DNA from: Chiloscyllium plagiosum
Lineage: Eukaryota
NCBI RefSeq assembly: GCF_004010195.1
Contig: NC_057740.1
Coordinates: forward strand, 37,769,267-37,833,266
Length of the DNA: 64,000 bases
Reading direction: 5' to 3'
In this document: positions 1 to 12,771 of the stretch, in pieces
Layout of the letters: each line of letters begins with the position of its first letter
Position numbering within the stretch: the first letter of the stretch is position 1
The notes under the pieces: generated by a model
Seen by the model: only the letters and a program-made list of their open reading frames with translations
Databases searched by the model: none
Told to the model about the DNA's origin: nothing
Program-made: the position numbers and the translations under genes

Positions 1-384
1 ATGCACAAAGTGTGCAACTCATTGGGGGCATCACTCCTTTTGAGTTAATGTGTCTTTATGTGAAGAATTTTGAGGAACTGAAAGAGACAAGTTGGCCATT
101 TAGTGTCCTAGCTCCCATTACAAGCTCTCCAATTGGAAGAAGAAAGTGGCTACTTGCACAGTACCTGTCCAGGTGTCACTGGAATACCAGTTGAAATCCA
201 TAAAACCTTGGGACTGAGGAATGGACAGCAATCTTCTAGTCTAGCAATTCTCCAAACTCCTTCCATTGAAGGGACCCCTTTTTCAAATGAACTCAGAATC
301 ACTGTTTCCTCCATCTAAGTTACAATACTGTTTAATGCTCATAAAGTGAAATGAGGCATTTGAAGGTTGTATTAATAATCCCTC

Positions 385-540
385 TCTGATGACATGGTGG
401 GCCTACCCTACAGTGCACAGACTGCAGCAGCAGTTCATGAAGGCGGCTTCTTGAGAACCATCACCTCCAGGGCAACTGGGAATGGGCAGTAAATTCTGTT
501 CCAGCCAACGATGCCCACGTTCCAAAGAGTGAATAAAAAA
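385..540 (+). mobile_element. 3' end of a CR1/L2-type LINE ('family B')
   Basis: Tail motif gcag..ttcatgaaggcggct..accatcacctccagggcaactgggaatgggcagtaaat..gatgcccac..gaataaaaaa recurs at ~13500, ~46560 and ~50240. Confidence 0.6.
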
Positions 541-794
541 TAATCTTTTATGTGAGTGGCTATTTACTGCCTGATATCAATGAGATGGGTGTGTCTGCTT
601 TTGGCTGCAGAACCTGTCTGTCCTTTTCAGGATTAGAAATTGCAGAGAATTTTGAGGAAAAGCAGACTGCAGCCCATGCACAAAGGGAGTAGGCAGGGGA
701 ACAGAAGGGAGGGAAGCAGAACAGGTGCATTCTCTTTTCATTCATGGGATGTGGGTTGTCCAAACCCCCAAATTGCCTTTAAGAGGGTGACAGT

Positions 795-1000
795 GACCTG
801 CCTTGAACGGTTGCAATTCATGGGGTGTAGATACACCTACAATGCTGTTAGGGAGGCTATCCCTGAATTTTGACTCTGTGACAGTGAAGAAATTGTCAAT
901 ATATTTCCAAATTGGGATGGAGTTTGACTTGCAGGTGGTGATAATCCCCTGGATCTGACACCCTTGGTTTCCAGGTGGTTGTAATTGTGCGTTTGGAAGA
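795..1000 (-). mobile_element. Family B LINE fragment
   Basis: Reverse complement matches the 50040-50240 segment (gaaatatattg..ttcactgtcac..gtcaaaat). Confidence 0.55.
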
Positions 1001-2105
1001 TATGTACGATTGCCCATCTCTGATTTACACTTTACCACAGTGCCCTAGGAGTCTGCCCAGTTCTAAGGCTGGATCCTTCCCTGTAAGGTTTCTGCTAACT
1101 CCAGTTTGATTGTTGTGGTCAGAGGTATAGCCGAGTGAGGAAGGTGAGAAGGGAGTGGATCTGACCGATGTGGCGTGACTGTTTACACCTCTTTGTCCCA
1201 GATAAGCACATGGGAGAGTTAAGGCAGTCCAAAATTGTTGATATTTCTAAAACAAAAAAATTAAGAGGCAAGTTTCGTCAGGGAAAAAAATCTTGAAAGT
1301 TAATTGATATTTAGCTGGATTACTTCATTTTTTATTTAAAGGTTTGCAGTTTTGGCTTCAGTCAGTCAAATCTCTTGATGAATAATTAGAATTTGTGCAA
1401 ACTCCCCTCCCTTAAATACAGCCATTGACTCAGTTCAGGCCAGTTAATTAAATCTGGTTGTGGTGAACCACAGTGTCTAAGTAGCATGTCGGATTACATT
1501 AAAACAAACACAGCGATTCAAGTTTCACTGTAGAAACAGTTTTCAGATACAGTGCCAGCACAATGCAAGAATGAAGTAGTTCTTTATAAAGAATTGCTTG
1601 TTATACCTTGTTTTGGGATGTGTGGCATAAGTTAGTTGTAACCACTGTGATGTTTTCCCCCAATTATTGGAGCATTTTTTTTACAAGGTACAAATTGTGA
1701 TCATTATTTTGCAGCATTTTAAAAAGTCTCAAGATATTGTATGGAAGGCCTGCATAATTAAATTTTGCCCAGCATCCTCTGCCAGTGTGTGGGGTGGAGG
1801 CAAGCTCATTTAAGGTATGAGAAAGAACATTAGATATTTAGTCAAAGGAATGTGCAAGGGTTGTGGGGAGGGGTGGGGGAATGCACTTGATGCACTGTTC
1901 ATATGGAGAGCAAGTCCAGAGACAATGGTTCAAATGGCCTCGTTTGATTGTATAATAACTATAATTTTGCTATACTAGGAATTCATAAACGTTAATGTTT
2001 TGTCGGAATAATTTAAGGTGATTTTAGATATTTTTCAAATGTTCCTTTTTTTTAGGAAAAAATGTCGAAATATTTGTTCAATCAGAATTTCTACAGTTTC
2101 ACTAT

Positions 2106-3277
2106 TTAGAGTCATAGAGGCGTCCAGCACAAAACAGACCCTTCAGTGCAACTCATCCATGCTGACCAGATATCCTAACCCAATCGAGTCACTTTTGCCG
2201 CACTTGGCCCATATCCCACTAAACCCTTTGTATTCATATACCCATCCAGATACCTTATAAATGTTGTAATTGTACCAGCCTCCACCACTTCCTCTGGCAG
2301 CTTATTCCATACATGCACCACCCATGCATGAAAAAGTTGCCCCTTACGTTACTTTTATATCTTTCCTCTCTCACCCTAAACTTGTGCGCTCTAATTCTGG
2401 ACTCCCCCACCCCAGGGAGTCTACTTATCCTATCCATGATTTTATAAACATGTATGAGGTCACCCCTTAGCCTCAGACGCTCCAGGGAAAACAGCCCCAG
2501 CCTATTCAGCCGCTTTCTATAGCTCAAATTCTCCAATTCTGGCAACATCCTTGCAAAGTTTCACAACAGCCTTCTGATAGGAAAGAGACCAGAATTGCAG
2601 CGCAATATTCCAAAAGTGACCTAACCAATGTCCTGTACAGCCACAACATGATCTCCCAACTCCTATATTCAATACTCTGACCAATAAGGGAAAGCATACC
2701 AAACGCCTCCTTCACTATCATAGCTACCTGCAACTCTACTTTCAAGGAGCTATGAACCTGCACTCCAAGGTCTCTTTGTTCAGCAACACTCCCTAGGACC
2801 TTACCATTAAGTGTATAAGTCCTGCTAAGATTTGCCTATCCAAAATGCAGCACCTCGCATTTACCTAAATTAAACTCCATCTGCCACTTCTCAATACATT
2901 GGCCCATCTGATCAAGATCATGTTGTACTCTCAGGTAACCTTCTTTGTTGTCACTACACCTCCGGGTTTTGGTGTCTTCTGCAAAATTACTAACTATACC
3001 TCTTATGTTCACACCTAAATAATTTATATAAAATGAAGAAAAGTAGTGGAAGCAGCACTGATCCTTGTGGCACTCCACTGGTCACAGGCCTCCAGTCTGA
3101 AAAGCAACCCTCCACCACCACCCTCTGTCTTCTACCTTTGAGCCAGTTCTTTATCCAAATAGCTAGTTCTCACTGTATTCCACGAGATTTAACCTTGCTA
3201 ACTAGTTTCCCATGGGGAACCTTGTTGAATGCCTTACTGAGGTCCATATAGAGATCACATCCACAACTCTGCCCTCA
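2106..3277 (-). mobile_element. HER1/CR1 LINE, 5'-truncated, with frameshifted RT
   Basis: Minus-strand ORFs MLPELENLSYRKRLNRLGLFSLE, KEAFGMLSLIGQSIEYRSW and QMEFNLGKCEVLHFG; the TSGVPQGS motif is at ~3060-3083; ctatgactcta tail at ~2106. Confidence 0.92.
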
Positions 3278-4249
3278 GAGTTTATTATTTTGTCAAAAAC
3301 TCAATCAACTTTTTGAAACATGATTTCCCATGCATAAAGCCAAGTATTTCTCCTGAATTACTCCTCTTTGCTTCAGTATGGTGTATTTCGCCAGTACGAA
3401 GAAGCTGACTTTAAGCTTAAAACCAGAAGCCAAATTCAGGGAGACTACAACTGTTCTTTTTATTTGACTTGTTATCCCCTGACATGCGTGGCCAAATATG
3501 CAATCAAACCACATAATGATGTTCTTATCAATTGTACAAATCAGCTGGGCCACAGTTCAGTTTGTATCTGCTCATGCATTGTAAAATGTGTCAGATTTGG
3601 AATTGAGGATTAGTTTAAATGAGAGGGTAATCTAAATTAGGGGGAGAAGGGGAGTAAATCTCAAGAATTGAAGTGAATAAGTGGTTATTTAGAATGAGTT
3701 TCATTGACTTGTGCCAGATTACGAGTGTGCAATTCCGAGTCAATTATTTTGACTAAAGCCTTATTTAAGTATAAAAATGACAAGTTTATTTTTGTTGCTT
3801 CAGCAAAAACAGCTGCTTACTCTTGTCCACAGAGATAGAAAGAAATCTGAATGCACAGCCTACAGCCGTATGTGGATGAGGGTGTGTCTGGGTCACGTTT
3901 GTAGTTCAAAATGATTTAAATGATGCTGCCTTTTAGTATGATCTCACCCAACCTTCTCTTTTTCTAAATATGTTCAGTATTTTTACTGGAATTAACTGGA
4001 TAAACAATGTTGTGATTACAGCAAGACAAATCGTTAAGCCTTTCGGGTTTTGACCTTTTGCAGTGGAGTTAGATGTGCAGGCGCTTAAATGTATGTTGAA
4101 CATTTCCTAAAACAGATTATAGCCTGTGTGGATGAACAATATTGGGTTCGGAGATGGCATCTGGTATCTAGGTAGTTCAGTCAGAGCGTATTTCCCCAGT
4201 CTGGATGTTGTCAATATTAACTTTTTGAAGATTTAAAAAAAATGTCAGG

Positions 4250-4920
4250 AATCGCAGGTAGATAGAATAGTGAAGAAGGCGTTTGGTATGCTTTCCTTTA
4301 TTGGTCAGAATATTGAGTACAGGAGTTGGGATGTCACATTGCGGCTGTACAGGACATTAGTTAGGCCACTGTTGGAATATTGCGTGCAATTCTGGTCTCC
4401 TTCCTATCGGAAAGATGTTGTGAAACTTGAAAGGGTCCAGAAAAGATTTACAAGGATGTTGCCAGGGTTGGAGGATTTGAGCTGTTGGAAGAGGCTGAAC
4501 AGGCTGGGGCTGTTTTCCCTGGAGTGTCGGAGGCTGTGAGGGTGACTTTATAGAGGTTTACAAAATGATGAGGGGCATGGATAGGATAAATAGACAAAGT
4601 CTTTTCCCTGGGGTGGGGTAGTCCAGAACTAGAGGGCATAGGTTTAGGGTGAGAGGAGAAAGATGTATAAGAGACCTAAGGGGCAACTTTTTCATGCAGA
4701 GGGTGGTACGTGTATGGAATGAGCTGCCAGAGGATGTAGTGGAGGCTGGTACAATGCAATATTTAAGAGGCATTTGGATGGGTATATGAATAGGAAGAGT
4801 TTGGAGGGACATTGGCCGGGTGCTGGCAGGTGGGACTAGATTGGGTTGGGACATCTGGTCGGCATGGACAGGTTGGACCAAAGGATCTGTTTCCATGCTG
4901 TACATCTCTATGATTCTATG
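4250..4920 (+). mobile_element. HER1/CR1 LINE 3' fragment
   Basis: ORF 4270-4539 (LYRTLVRPLLEYCVQFWSP...RLNRLGLFSLE); 3' UTR ends ctgtttccatgctgtacatctctatgattctatg. Confidence 0.93.
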
Positions 4921-6221
4921 TTGTAAAAATATATGGAAAAGTATTGAGATTGTGATGTTGTAAAGTAATTGACCGGTTCAGAAGAATTGCTTTGAATTTT
5001 TGTTGATCATGTCTTTCTGAAAGAAATTCTTCTAACTGTTGCTATGTTGTCTGTTGTAAATTGGGCTCTTGCGTTTATTTTCTGAAAGCTTATGTAGGAT
5101 CTTTAGTAAGAATGAAATCTCAAAGGGAATATTCATTTGAGAATATTTGCTGTGGGGCATTAACCTTACATGTGGTAAACCCCTTGTGACATGAAACCTC
5201 TTGATCTTCATTTTATCCAGTTTGACTTCTCCTTTCAATAATCTTTTATATTGTGTCCCAAATTTGACTTTAATCTTTAAAATTTCCTGTTATGCAAACT
5301 TCACATTATCAACGTTTTGTAAACTGGATTGAAAGTCTTTTGGAGCTTTTAGTTAATATTTCAATTTTTCAAAACTATTAATTTATTTTTTATGGCTACA
5401 TTTTTTGATTTCTTAAAATAATAGAGCGGTGTTACTGGCGTGGAGTGAAACTTAAGTAAAAATTATACTGGTGTAATTGGAAAAGGATTGCAAACCTGTC
5501 AACAGGATTGAGTCTTGATTGTTGTGATCAAGCGAGTACAGTCAATTTGAAACCAGCAGGGAGGGGAATTGCTGGAGTTTTGGAGAGTTAGCAGCACAGA
5601 ACTAGTTTGAATGCTGGTAAAATGTATGTTTGTAAGAAAAACAGATCCATTGGAAGGCAAGTAACGAGGGTGCACACCTCCACTCATCTGTCTTGTCTTA
5701 ATGTTATTACAATTAAGCAGCTCTTCCTGGTAGGCTTTTCCCTATTTTTGGTTGATGATTTGCAGCTGAAAACATATTGACTTTCATGAAGAGCATCCAT
5801 CTCATGGACCTAGGCCTGTCCAATTCCAACAGCCTCCCTGCAGTAAAAACACTGTTCTTAAAGAAATTCTAGCTTGGCAGCTGATAAAATCCATTTCTTT
5901 CGAAGTAAAAGTCAGTCCGCCTTATCTCCTGATGTTACAAATTCTGTAAAGAATCACAGGATCTGAATTCAGGATTGGCATCTTCAATAAAAGCTAACCA
6001 TTTCTTCATTGTGACAGATCCTATCCACGCACAAGAATCATTTACTCTACCCCTTTGTTTTTGAGAAGCATTGTTTATAGGAAAACAGACTAACAAAAAT
6101 GTTGCCACTGACAATGGATGGAGGGAACAATGGAATATTAAATAAAAAATAACCAGGGCTCTATGGAGTGGCAGTGCTTGTCAGTGCCAGTACAAATGGT
6201 TAAAATAAGAAGGTTATTTAT

Positions 6222-6929
6222 TTGGGAGTTGTCTCATCTTGAGTCAGAAGATTGTGGTTTCTATCTTATTTTAGGGATTGAAACACAAAACTTGAGGCGC
6301 TCATTTCAATGTCGTGTGTAGGGAATGCTGACCTTTGAGGTTTTGTCTTTCCAACAGTGTGTTATTACTTTGTTGTTATGAAGAGGAGCTGTAAAGGGCT
6401 CCCTAGTACCCTGGTGGTTACTTATCTCTCAATGAACATCACTAAAACAGATTATCTGGTCATGGTGGCATTGCTAATTGTAGGAGCTTCCTGTGTGCAA
6501 ATTATCTGACATTATATCAGTGAGTACGCTTCCAAAGTACATAATCGGCTGTAAGATGCCTTGAGATATCCTGAGTTCAGGTAAGATGCTGTCGAAATAC
6601 AATTTGAGAATTTCAATAGTACCTCAAGGTTTGAGCATGTAATCTAGATTGACCTACAGTGTAGTGCAGGGGAGGGACTTTCCAATGAGCTTTGTTGGGC
6701 ATGTGGATGTTGGATGAGGGTGAGATCTACTCATTGTCTCTGGTGTCGTTGAATAGATTGGGAGCACTTGGAGAGCACCCTGAAGTGTACCATATTTGAT
6801 TCCCTCTAGAGAGGAAATTTGGAAAGCATTTTTTAAAAAAAATGTAGTTATACATTTTCATACAAAGAAGTTATTGTACTCCAATCTTAGTATAGAACAG
6901 TGTTCCAGCTGTACTGCTGTGTCTTTATT
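6222..6929 (+). repeat. Copy 1 of a ~0.7 kb local direct duplication
   Basis: Colinear with 8681-8701 plus 9383-10061; both end in ctgtactgctgtgtctttatt. Confidence 0.9.
6235..6605 (+). mobile_element. SacSINE1-like DeuSINE, degraded
   Basis: aacatcactaaaacagattatctggtcat..ttgtaggagctt..tgtgcaaatt..aaagtac..ggctgtaag; same motif at ~9575, ~25560, ~26805 and ~41650. Confidence 0.65.
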
Positions 6930-7705
6930 TGTACAGTACTTATTATTTATAGCAAAAGGTTTAGAGGCAAGGTGGGTAAAAATATTTTCACTTCTTTACT
7001 GGAGTTTGGAAAAATCTACCTCAAAAGATGGTGGAGGCTAATTCCATGAATTTTAAAAAGAGAGTTGAACAGATGCTTGAGGCTGACCCTATAGAATTAC
7101 AGAAGGTGGGACTGTGCATGACTGCTGTTTCAAAGCATGGGGACAAAAGACTGATTTGTTTTCTCTTGTGCCGCAGGTTTCTATAACTTGATGAACTGCT
7201 ACACCATAGTATATGACCTTTTCCTTTCTGGCCCGTGTAGTGCCTGATGCAATGATTATAACAGTGAGGTGATCAGTGTGCAGACATCACTGCCACAGAC
7301 AAGGTTTAACAGTGGCTGACAAAAGGACATAGAATAAAAAAAAAGCAAAAGATAGACCCGGATTATGTATTAGTAGCTTTAAAATTTGCAACTCCTCTTC
7401 TGTCATGTGCCTGCGGGTTACTACACTCTGAGGTAGGCAATGAATATACAGATGTGTATGCAAATTAGGGTGTAGAATCAGGCAATTCAGCTCTACTAAT
7501 CCAGGTGGTCTTGTGCGTTACTCTTGAGCAGAGTTCTTATTTCTTTTGTTCATTGTTTATATACTTGTCCCCTTGTGCTTCATCTACGAAAACAATTTAA
7601 CTATGAATGTTGCCATAGTTTCTATTTGACTGTAGCCCCTTGATTTGTAAGTAAGCTATTCTTGCTCTCTGTTTAAAACCTCTTAGCTATATTCTTGTTC
7701 TTGAC

Positions 7706-7798
7706 CTTCCTGAAGAAGGGTTATACCCAAAACATTGACTTCTCTACCTCCTGATCCTGCCTGGCTTGCTGTGTTCTTCCAGCCTCCTGTTTGTCTAC
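7706..7798 (+). mobile_element. Penelope pLTR-derived short element with a decayed hammerhead motif
   Basis: CTGAAGA-a-gggt tat accc-AAAA-catt at 7710-7736, followed by ctcctgatcctgcctggcttgctgtgttcttccagc. Confidence 0.75.
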
Positions 7799-8701
7799 TA
7801 TTGACTGCAGGCAACAATTTGCACCTTATCTGCCTGCTTCACTTTATTTTCATGTTTTAAACATTTTTATCACATCGTTATTTAGTCTATATACTCTGAT
7901 GGAAAAAAAGACCTCAGTCTTAACACACAAAGCAGTTGGACTTCAAAATTGTACCTCCTGTAAAATGTCCATTGTCTTGCTGTTGTGTGGAGACCAATAC
8001 TGCACGCTGTACTCTAAGGTTTGTCTTACTATTTTATATAAGGAGCCAACATTTCCTCTTGGCTTTTGCATTGTACACTTCTCATGACAAAACCTAGAAT
8101 TCTTTTTATTCCCATTACATTTATTAAACTGAGGTGCAGATTTCAATGTCCTGTGAACTCTTACCCCATAATCTCTCTGCAGTCAATGACACCAAGCCCA
8201 CTTCCCTTTGGAGTATAATTATTGATGTTTTCTTAACAAAATATATTGTCTCCAATTGCTACTTAGCCCATTCATGAGAACAACAATAATGGTGCTTTGT
8301 ACAGTTTGGGGAACAACAGTGACATCAGCTGGAACTGTAGGAATAGCAAAGTTCTGAAATAAATAATGCAAATAAATCTAGCAGTTAAACAGAGGAATGA
8401 TTTGTGTTGTCACATGTTTTATTTACTGTTATAGATTTTTCACAATAGTACGTGAAATCTGTAAAGCTTCAGTCCTTTTTTGGAGGCCTAAGGAATTCAA
8501 AATCTGTTTATAAACTGCAACCTAAATCTCCCCTACTTCCTCAAAAAGGGGTCCTGTGACACTACTGTTACTCTACTAAACTGAATTTTAAAGATTCACT
8601 GAGCTTTTTCTTAAATGCTTGTCCACATATGCACGTTTCAGAAAGTCTTGCCCTATTCTTTACCATGTCAGACATGGACTTGGGAGCATTTTTGTCTCAT
8701 G

Positions 8702-9382
8702 TGTTACAAAGATGTGAGTGTACTGTACCTTTGAGAGTTAAAAGCTACCAGAACTATCTTTCACAGCACCAAGTGTTCTGAACAAGATATAATGTAACAT
8801 TTGGTCAAACAACTCGTTTAACTGGTAGCCTGGAAATGACAAAACAAATTCGAATTAGGCCAATCTATTTAAATTATACCCCAAAAACTACCAAACTCCA
8901 GTCAAGTTTGAATTTAGTATATTGACGATCTTAAAAGCCAGGGACGCAATTCAATGCTTTGGAGGTATAAGACCGAGGAAAATTGAACAGTTGGGAGGAG
9001 AACTGCCAAGCTACCAGCATCTGCAGACTGCCCGGGAAAATAGCTCTCTTAAAGCTACCTTTATCGATCAGTAACCTGTAAAACTGAAATCCCTAAGAAG
9101 GAGAGAAGAAGATTGAGGGAGATATGAAGTGAGGATTCGACATTTGGCTGAAAATTTTTGAATTTTTGTTAAATCTTAATCAGGGGCTTTATCAGACTAG
9201 TATTATAGAAGGGTAAGGTAGAGGAAGGAGTTGTAAATAGTTAATTATTCTTTTATACTTTAAGAAATTTGTTAATTGATATTTAAATAGTTCTTGGCCT
9301 CTCGAATTTTCAGTTTACTACACGTGATAAATCTTTTCTGTGTTGATACTTTAAGCAGGAGGATTTACCCCGTGTCGTAACA
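8702..9382 (+). mobile_element. Putative solo LTR (Gypsy/ERV-type), 681 bp
   Basis: Termini TGTTAC...GTAACA; internal TATA-like ggtataagac (~8965); interrupts copy 2 of the duplication where copy 1 is continuous; no clean TSD. Confidence 0.7.
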
Positions 9383-10061
9383 CTAGAGTCAGAAGATTGT
9401 GATTTCTACCTTATTCTAGAGATTAAACACAAAAAGTATACATATAACAGTGATCTGCATAGCGAGTGCTGAACTTTGAGGTGTTGTTTTTCAAGTCGCA
9501 TGTTAAACTGTCTGTCATTACTTTGTTATAAAGTCTCCCTAGTATCCTGGTGGTTATTTATCTCTGAATGAACATCACTAAAACAGATTATCTGGTTGTG
9601 GTGGCATTGCTATTTGTAGGAGCTTCCAGTGTGCAAATTGACTGACATGATATCAGTGAATACGCTTTCAAAGTACATAATCGGCTGTAAGATGCCTTGA
9701 GATATCCTGAGTTATTTGTAAGGTGCTGTCGAAATACAATTTGAGAATTTCAGTAGTACCTCAAGGTTTGAGCATGTAATCTAAGTCGAACTGCAGTGCA
9801 GGGGAGGGAGTTTGCAATGAGCTTTGTTGGGCACGTGGATATTGGCTGAGGGTGAGATCTACTCATTTTCTCTGGTGTAGCTGAATAGATCAGGAGTACT
9901 TGGAGAGCACCCTGAAGCTGTACTATATTTGACTCCTTCTAGAGAGGAAATTTGGAAAGCGTTTTTAAAAAAAGTGTAGTTATACATTTTCATACAAAGA
10001 AGTTATTGTACTCTAATCTTAGTATAGAACAGTGTTCCAGCTGTACTGCTGTGTCTTTATT
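9383..10061 (+). repeat. Copy 2 of the local duplication (includes a SacSINE1-like element, 9383-9742)
   Basis: High identity to 6238-6929 by direct reading. Confidence 0.9.
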
Positions 10062-11191
10062 GCCGTAAATATTGCATCAGCTAATGTGGAGTTCCAGACA
10101 GCTGTGTATTGGGCAAATATACTGACATTTACAGAATATTAACAGAGGAGTCTGTTTCGCTAAACATGCAGCAGAATTAATTTTCAATAATGAGACACTT
10201 TAATATTCCAATGTTGAGTGTGCTGAAGGATAGTATGATTGTTTATGTCACAATCATCATGCTGTTCAGGATGTAACGTGATTCTTTCTCATATCCTATT
10301 TATAGCATCAATCCAATCTGAACTGTTCTGAATCTCCTGGACAATTTATTTTCCAGTTGATTGTGAAGATAGTGCTTCATACATTTGTGAATGCTCTTCT
10401 GACACCTTGCAGACTTTGGACAGAGGATAGAAGAGAACATCATAATGAGGAGCAGCCATCGGCAGTTCAGCCCCTTGAACCTGTTCCATCATTCAGTATG
10501 ATCCTGGCTGATCTCCTCTCGACCTCAACTCCACTTTAGTGTGCTCTCCATAGCCCTTCAACCTACTACTAATTAAAAAGCTGTCTTTCTCTCCTCCTTA
10601 AATGTCTCAGCATCCACCGTACTTTGGGGTAGTGAATTTCCCAGATTCACCACCCTTTCAGAGAAGCAATTTCTCTTCATCTCTGCTTTAAAATCTGCTT
10701 CCCTTTATCTAGAATCTTTTGTTCTTGATCATCCCAAATAAGGAAACATTTTCTCAACGTCCACTTCAACAAACCCCTTTAGCTTCTAACATACCTCACT
10801 TAGAACTCCTCTCATTCTTCTAAACTCCAGAGAGTATCAACCTAAACTGCTCAATCTCTCCTTATGAGACAAACCCTTATCTCTGGAATCAATCAAGTGA
10901 ACCTCCTCTGAACTGCCTCCAATGCAACCACATTCACCCCCCACCTCAAGGGACAAAAATTTCTATGCAACTCCAGATGCTGACTCACTAATGCCTAGTA
11001 CAGAGGAACCTCAGTTATCTGAAGGACACGCGTGGGGTGTGTTACGTTTGGTTAATCTAATTCTGGATAATCGAATGCCGGATAACATAGTTTAGCCGAG
11101 CATTGGAACATTGCAAACTTGCTAAATAATCTGATATGGAAATGTGTTGCTGGAAAAGCGCAGCAGGTCAGGCAGCATCTAGGGAACAGGA

Positions 11192-11229
11192 GAATCGACG
11201 TTTCGGTCATTTGCCCTTCTTCAGGAATG
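11192..11229 (-). ncRNA. Minimal type I hammerhead ribozyme motif in a Penelope pLTR
   Basis: CATTC CTGAAGA A GGGC AAAT GACC GAAA CGTC GATTC; core intact, one stem II mismatch, weak stem I. Confidence 0.7.
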
Positions 11230-12030
11230 AGGAAGGTTGGTGCAGCAGGCTAAGATNNNNNNNNNNNNNNNNNNNNNNNNNNNNNNNNNNNNNNNNNNNN
11301 NNNNNNNNNNNNNNNNNNNNNNNNNNNNNNNNNNNNNNNNNNNNNNNNNNNNNNNNNNNNNNNNNNNNNNNNNNNNNNNNNNNNNNNNNNNNNNNNNNNN
11401 NNNNNNNNNNNNNNNNNNNNNNNNNNNNNNNNNNNNNNNNNNNNNNNNNNNNNNNNNNNNNNNNNNNNNNNNNNNNNNNNNNNNNNNNNNNNNNNNNNNN
11501 NNNNNNNNNNNNNNNNNNNNNNNNNNNNNNNNNNNNNNNNNNNNNNNNNNNNNNNNNNNNNNNNNNNNNNNNNNNNNNNNNNNNNNNNNNNNNNNNNNNN
11601 NNNNNNNNNNNNNNNNNNNNNNNNNNNNNNNNNNNNNNNNNNNNNNNNNNNNNNNNNNNNNNNNNNNNNNNNNNNNNNNNNNNNNNNNNNCCGAGGTGAT
11701 GAGGTTATGGACGGTCTGGGAGATGATGGTTTGGTGGTGGGGGGTGGGGTCATGGTCAAGGGGGCAGTAGGAGGAGGTATCTGCGAGCTGGCGTTTGGCC
11801 TCAGCGGTGTAGAGGTCCTCATTTCCCCTCCCGCCAGCCTGTCTCAGTCAAATCCATCAAATTCAGCACCGCCTTCCTAACCTGCAATCTTCTTCCCGAC
11901 ATGTCTGCCCCCACCCCAGTCTGACCTATCACCCTCACCTTGTCCTCTTTCCACCTATCACATTTCCGACGCCCCTCCCCCAAGTCCCTCCTCCCTATCT
12001 TTTATCTTAGCCTGCTGGACCAACTTTCCT

Positions 12031-12068
12031 CATTCCTGAAGTAGGGCTAATGCCCGAAACGTCGATTC
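12031..12068 (+). ncRNA. Minimal hammerhead ribozyme motif, A9>U variant
   Basis: CATTC CTGAAGT A GGGC TAAT GCCC GAAA CGTC GATTC. Confidence 0.7.
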
Positions 12069-12771
12069 TCCTGTTCCCTAGATGCTGCCTGACCTGCTGC
12101 GCTTTTCCAGCAACACATTTCCATCTCTGATCTCCAGCATCTGCAGACCTCACTTTCTCCCTAAATAATCTAATATTTGGGTAATCGAATGCCGTTTAAT
12201 CGAGGTTCCTCTGACAGTTGTAGCAATGCTTCCCTACTTTTAAAGTCTATTCCTTTAGCAATAAATGACAAAGTTCCATTTACCTTCCTTGTTACCTGCT
12301 GCATTTGCATAATAGTTTTCAGCAAGTCATGGAATGCGATTCAGTGAACTTGTTGTCTGGAAGGAAATTCTTCTCTTCTGTCTTGAGCTTCTTTTTGTTT
12401 CAATTTTGATCTTTTTTTATTCTTGGGCCAGTAGGATCAGTGGGTCAGCTGACCAGAATGTGGTGCAGAATAGAGCCTTTAGTGTGCATTCAATCTCCAC
12501 ACCGGCTGTGACAACATGGGAGATCTCTATTCACCTTTTCCACTCTTGTGCAGTGGTTACCCTCTGGTTACATATAAACAGTTGTCTGTGTCTAATGGAG
12601 AGGTATGTCAAATGTCCTCTGTAGATTATGGCTCCTTGCCATTTATTTATCCTATTCTCCCTTCCTTCTCCAGTTTGCTTTCTGTCACTTTATCCCCTTG
12701 TCATGTAATTAAGAGTTGTTCAGAAGTGTTTGGGAGTCTTTGCCCCCAGTGTTGCACTCAGTGCAGCAGAA

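Larger units (their letters stand above)
11136..12160 (-). mobile_element. Penelope-like element with inverted pseudo-LTRs, spanning an N-gap
   Basis: 11136-11256 is the reverse complement of ~12004-12124; minus-strand peptide DLYTAEAKRQLADTSSYCPLDHDPTPHHQTIISQTVHNLITS at ~11693-11818; TSD ctaaataatct(g/a)at at 11122-11135 and 12161-12174. Confidence 0.88.
11001..12213. mobile_element. Tigger/pogo-like MITE (~190 bp net), split by a Penelope insertion
   Basis: TIRs cagaggaacctc (11001-11012) and gaggttcctctg (12202-12213); TA at 10999-11000; internal taatcgaatgccg repeats. Confidence 0.75.
10430..12335 (-). mobile_element. Old CR1 LINE 3' fragment, host of nested insertions
   Basis: Antisense CR1 motifs cagccccttgaacctgttcc, cattcttctaaactccagagag and gtgaacctcctctgaactgcctccaatgc; resumes after 12213 with acagttgtagcaa. 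Confidence 0.7.

Noticed and set aside
615-730. Possible exon after the acceptor-like tccttttcag
   Set aside because: All three frames reach stops within ~60 nt, there is no strong donor, and the peptide is not recognisable
11136-11822. Long ORFs of 177-190 aa
   Set aside because: Artefacts of translating through the N-gap
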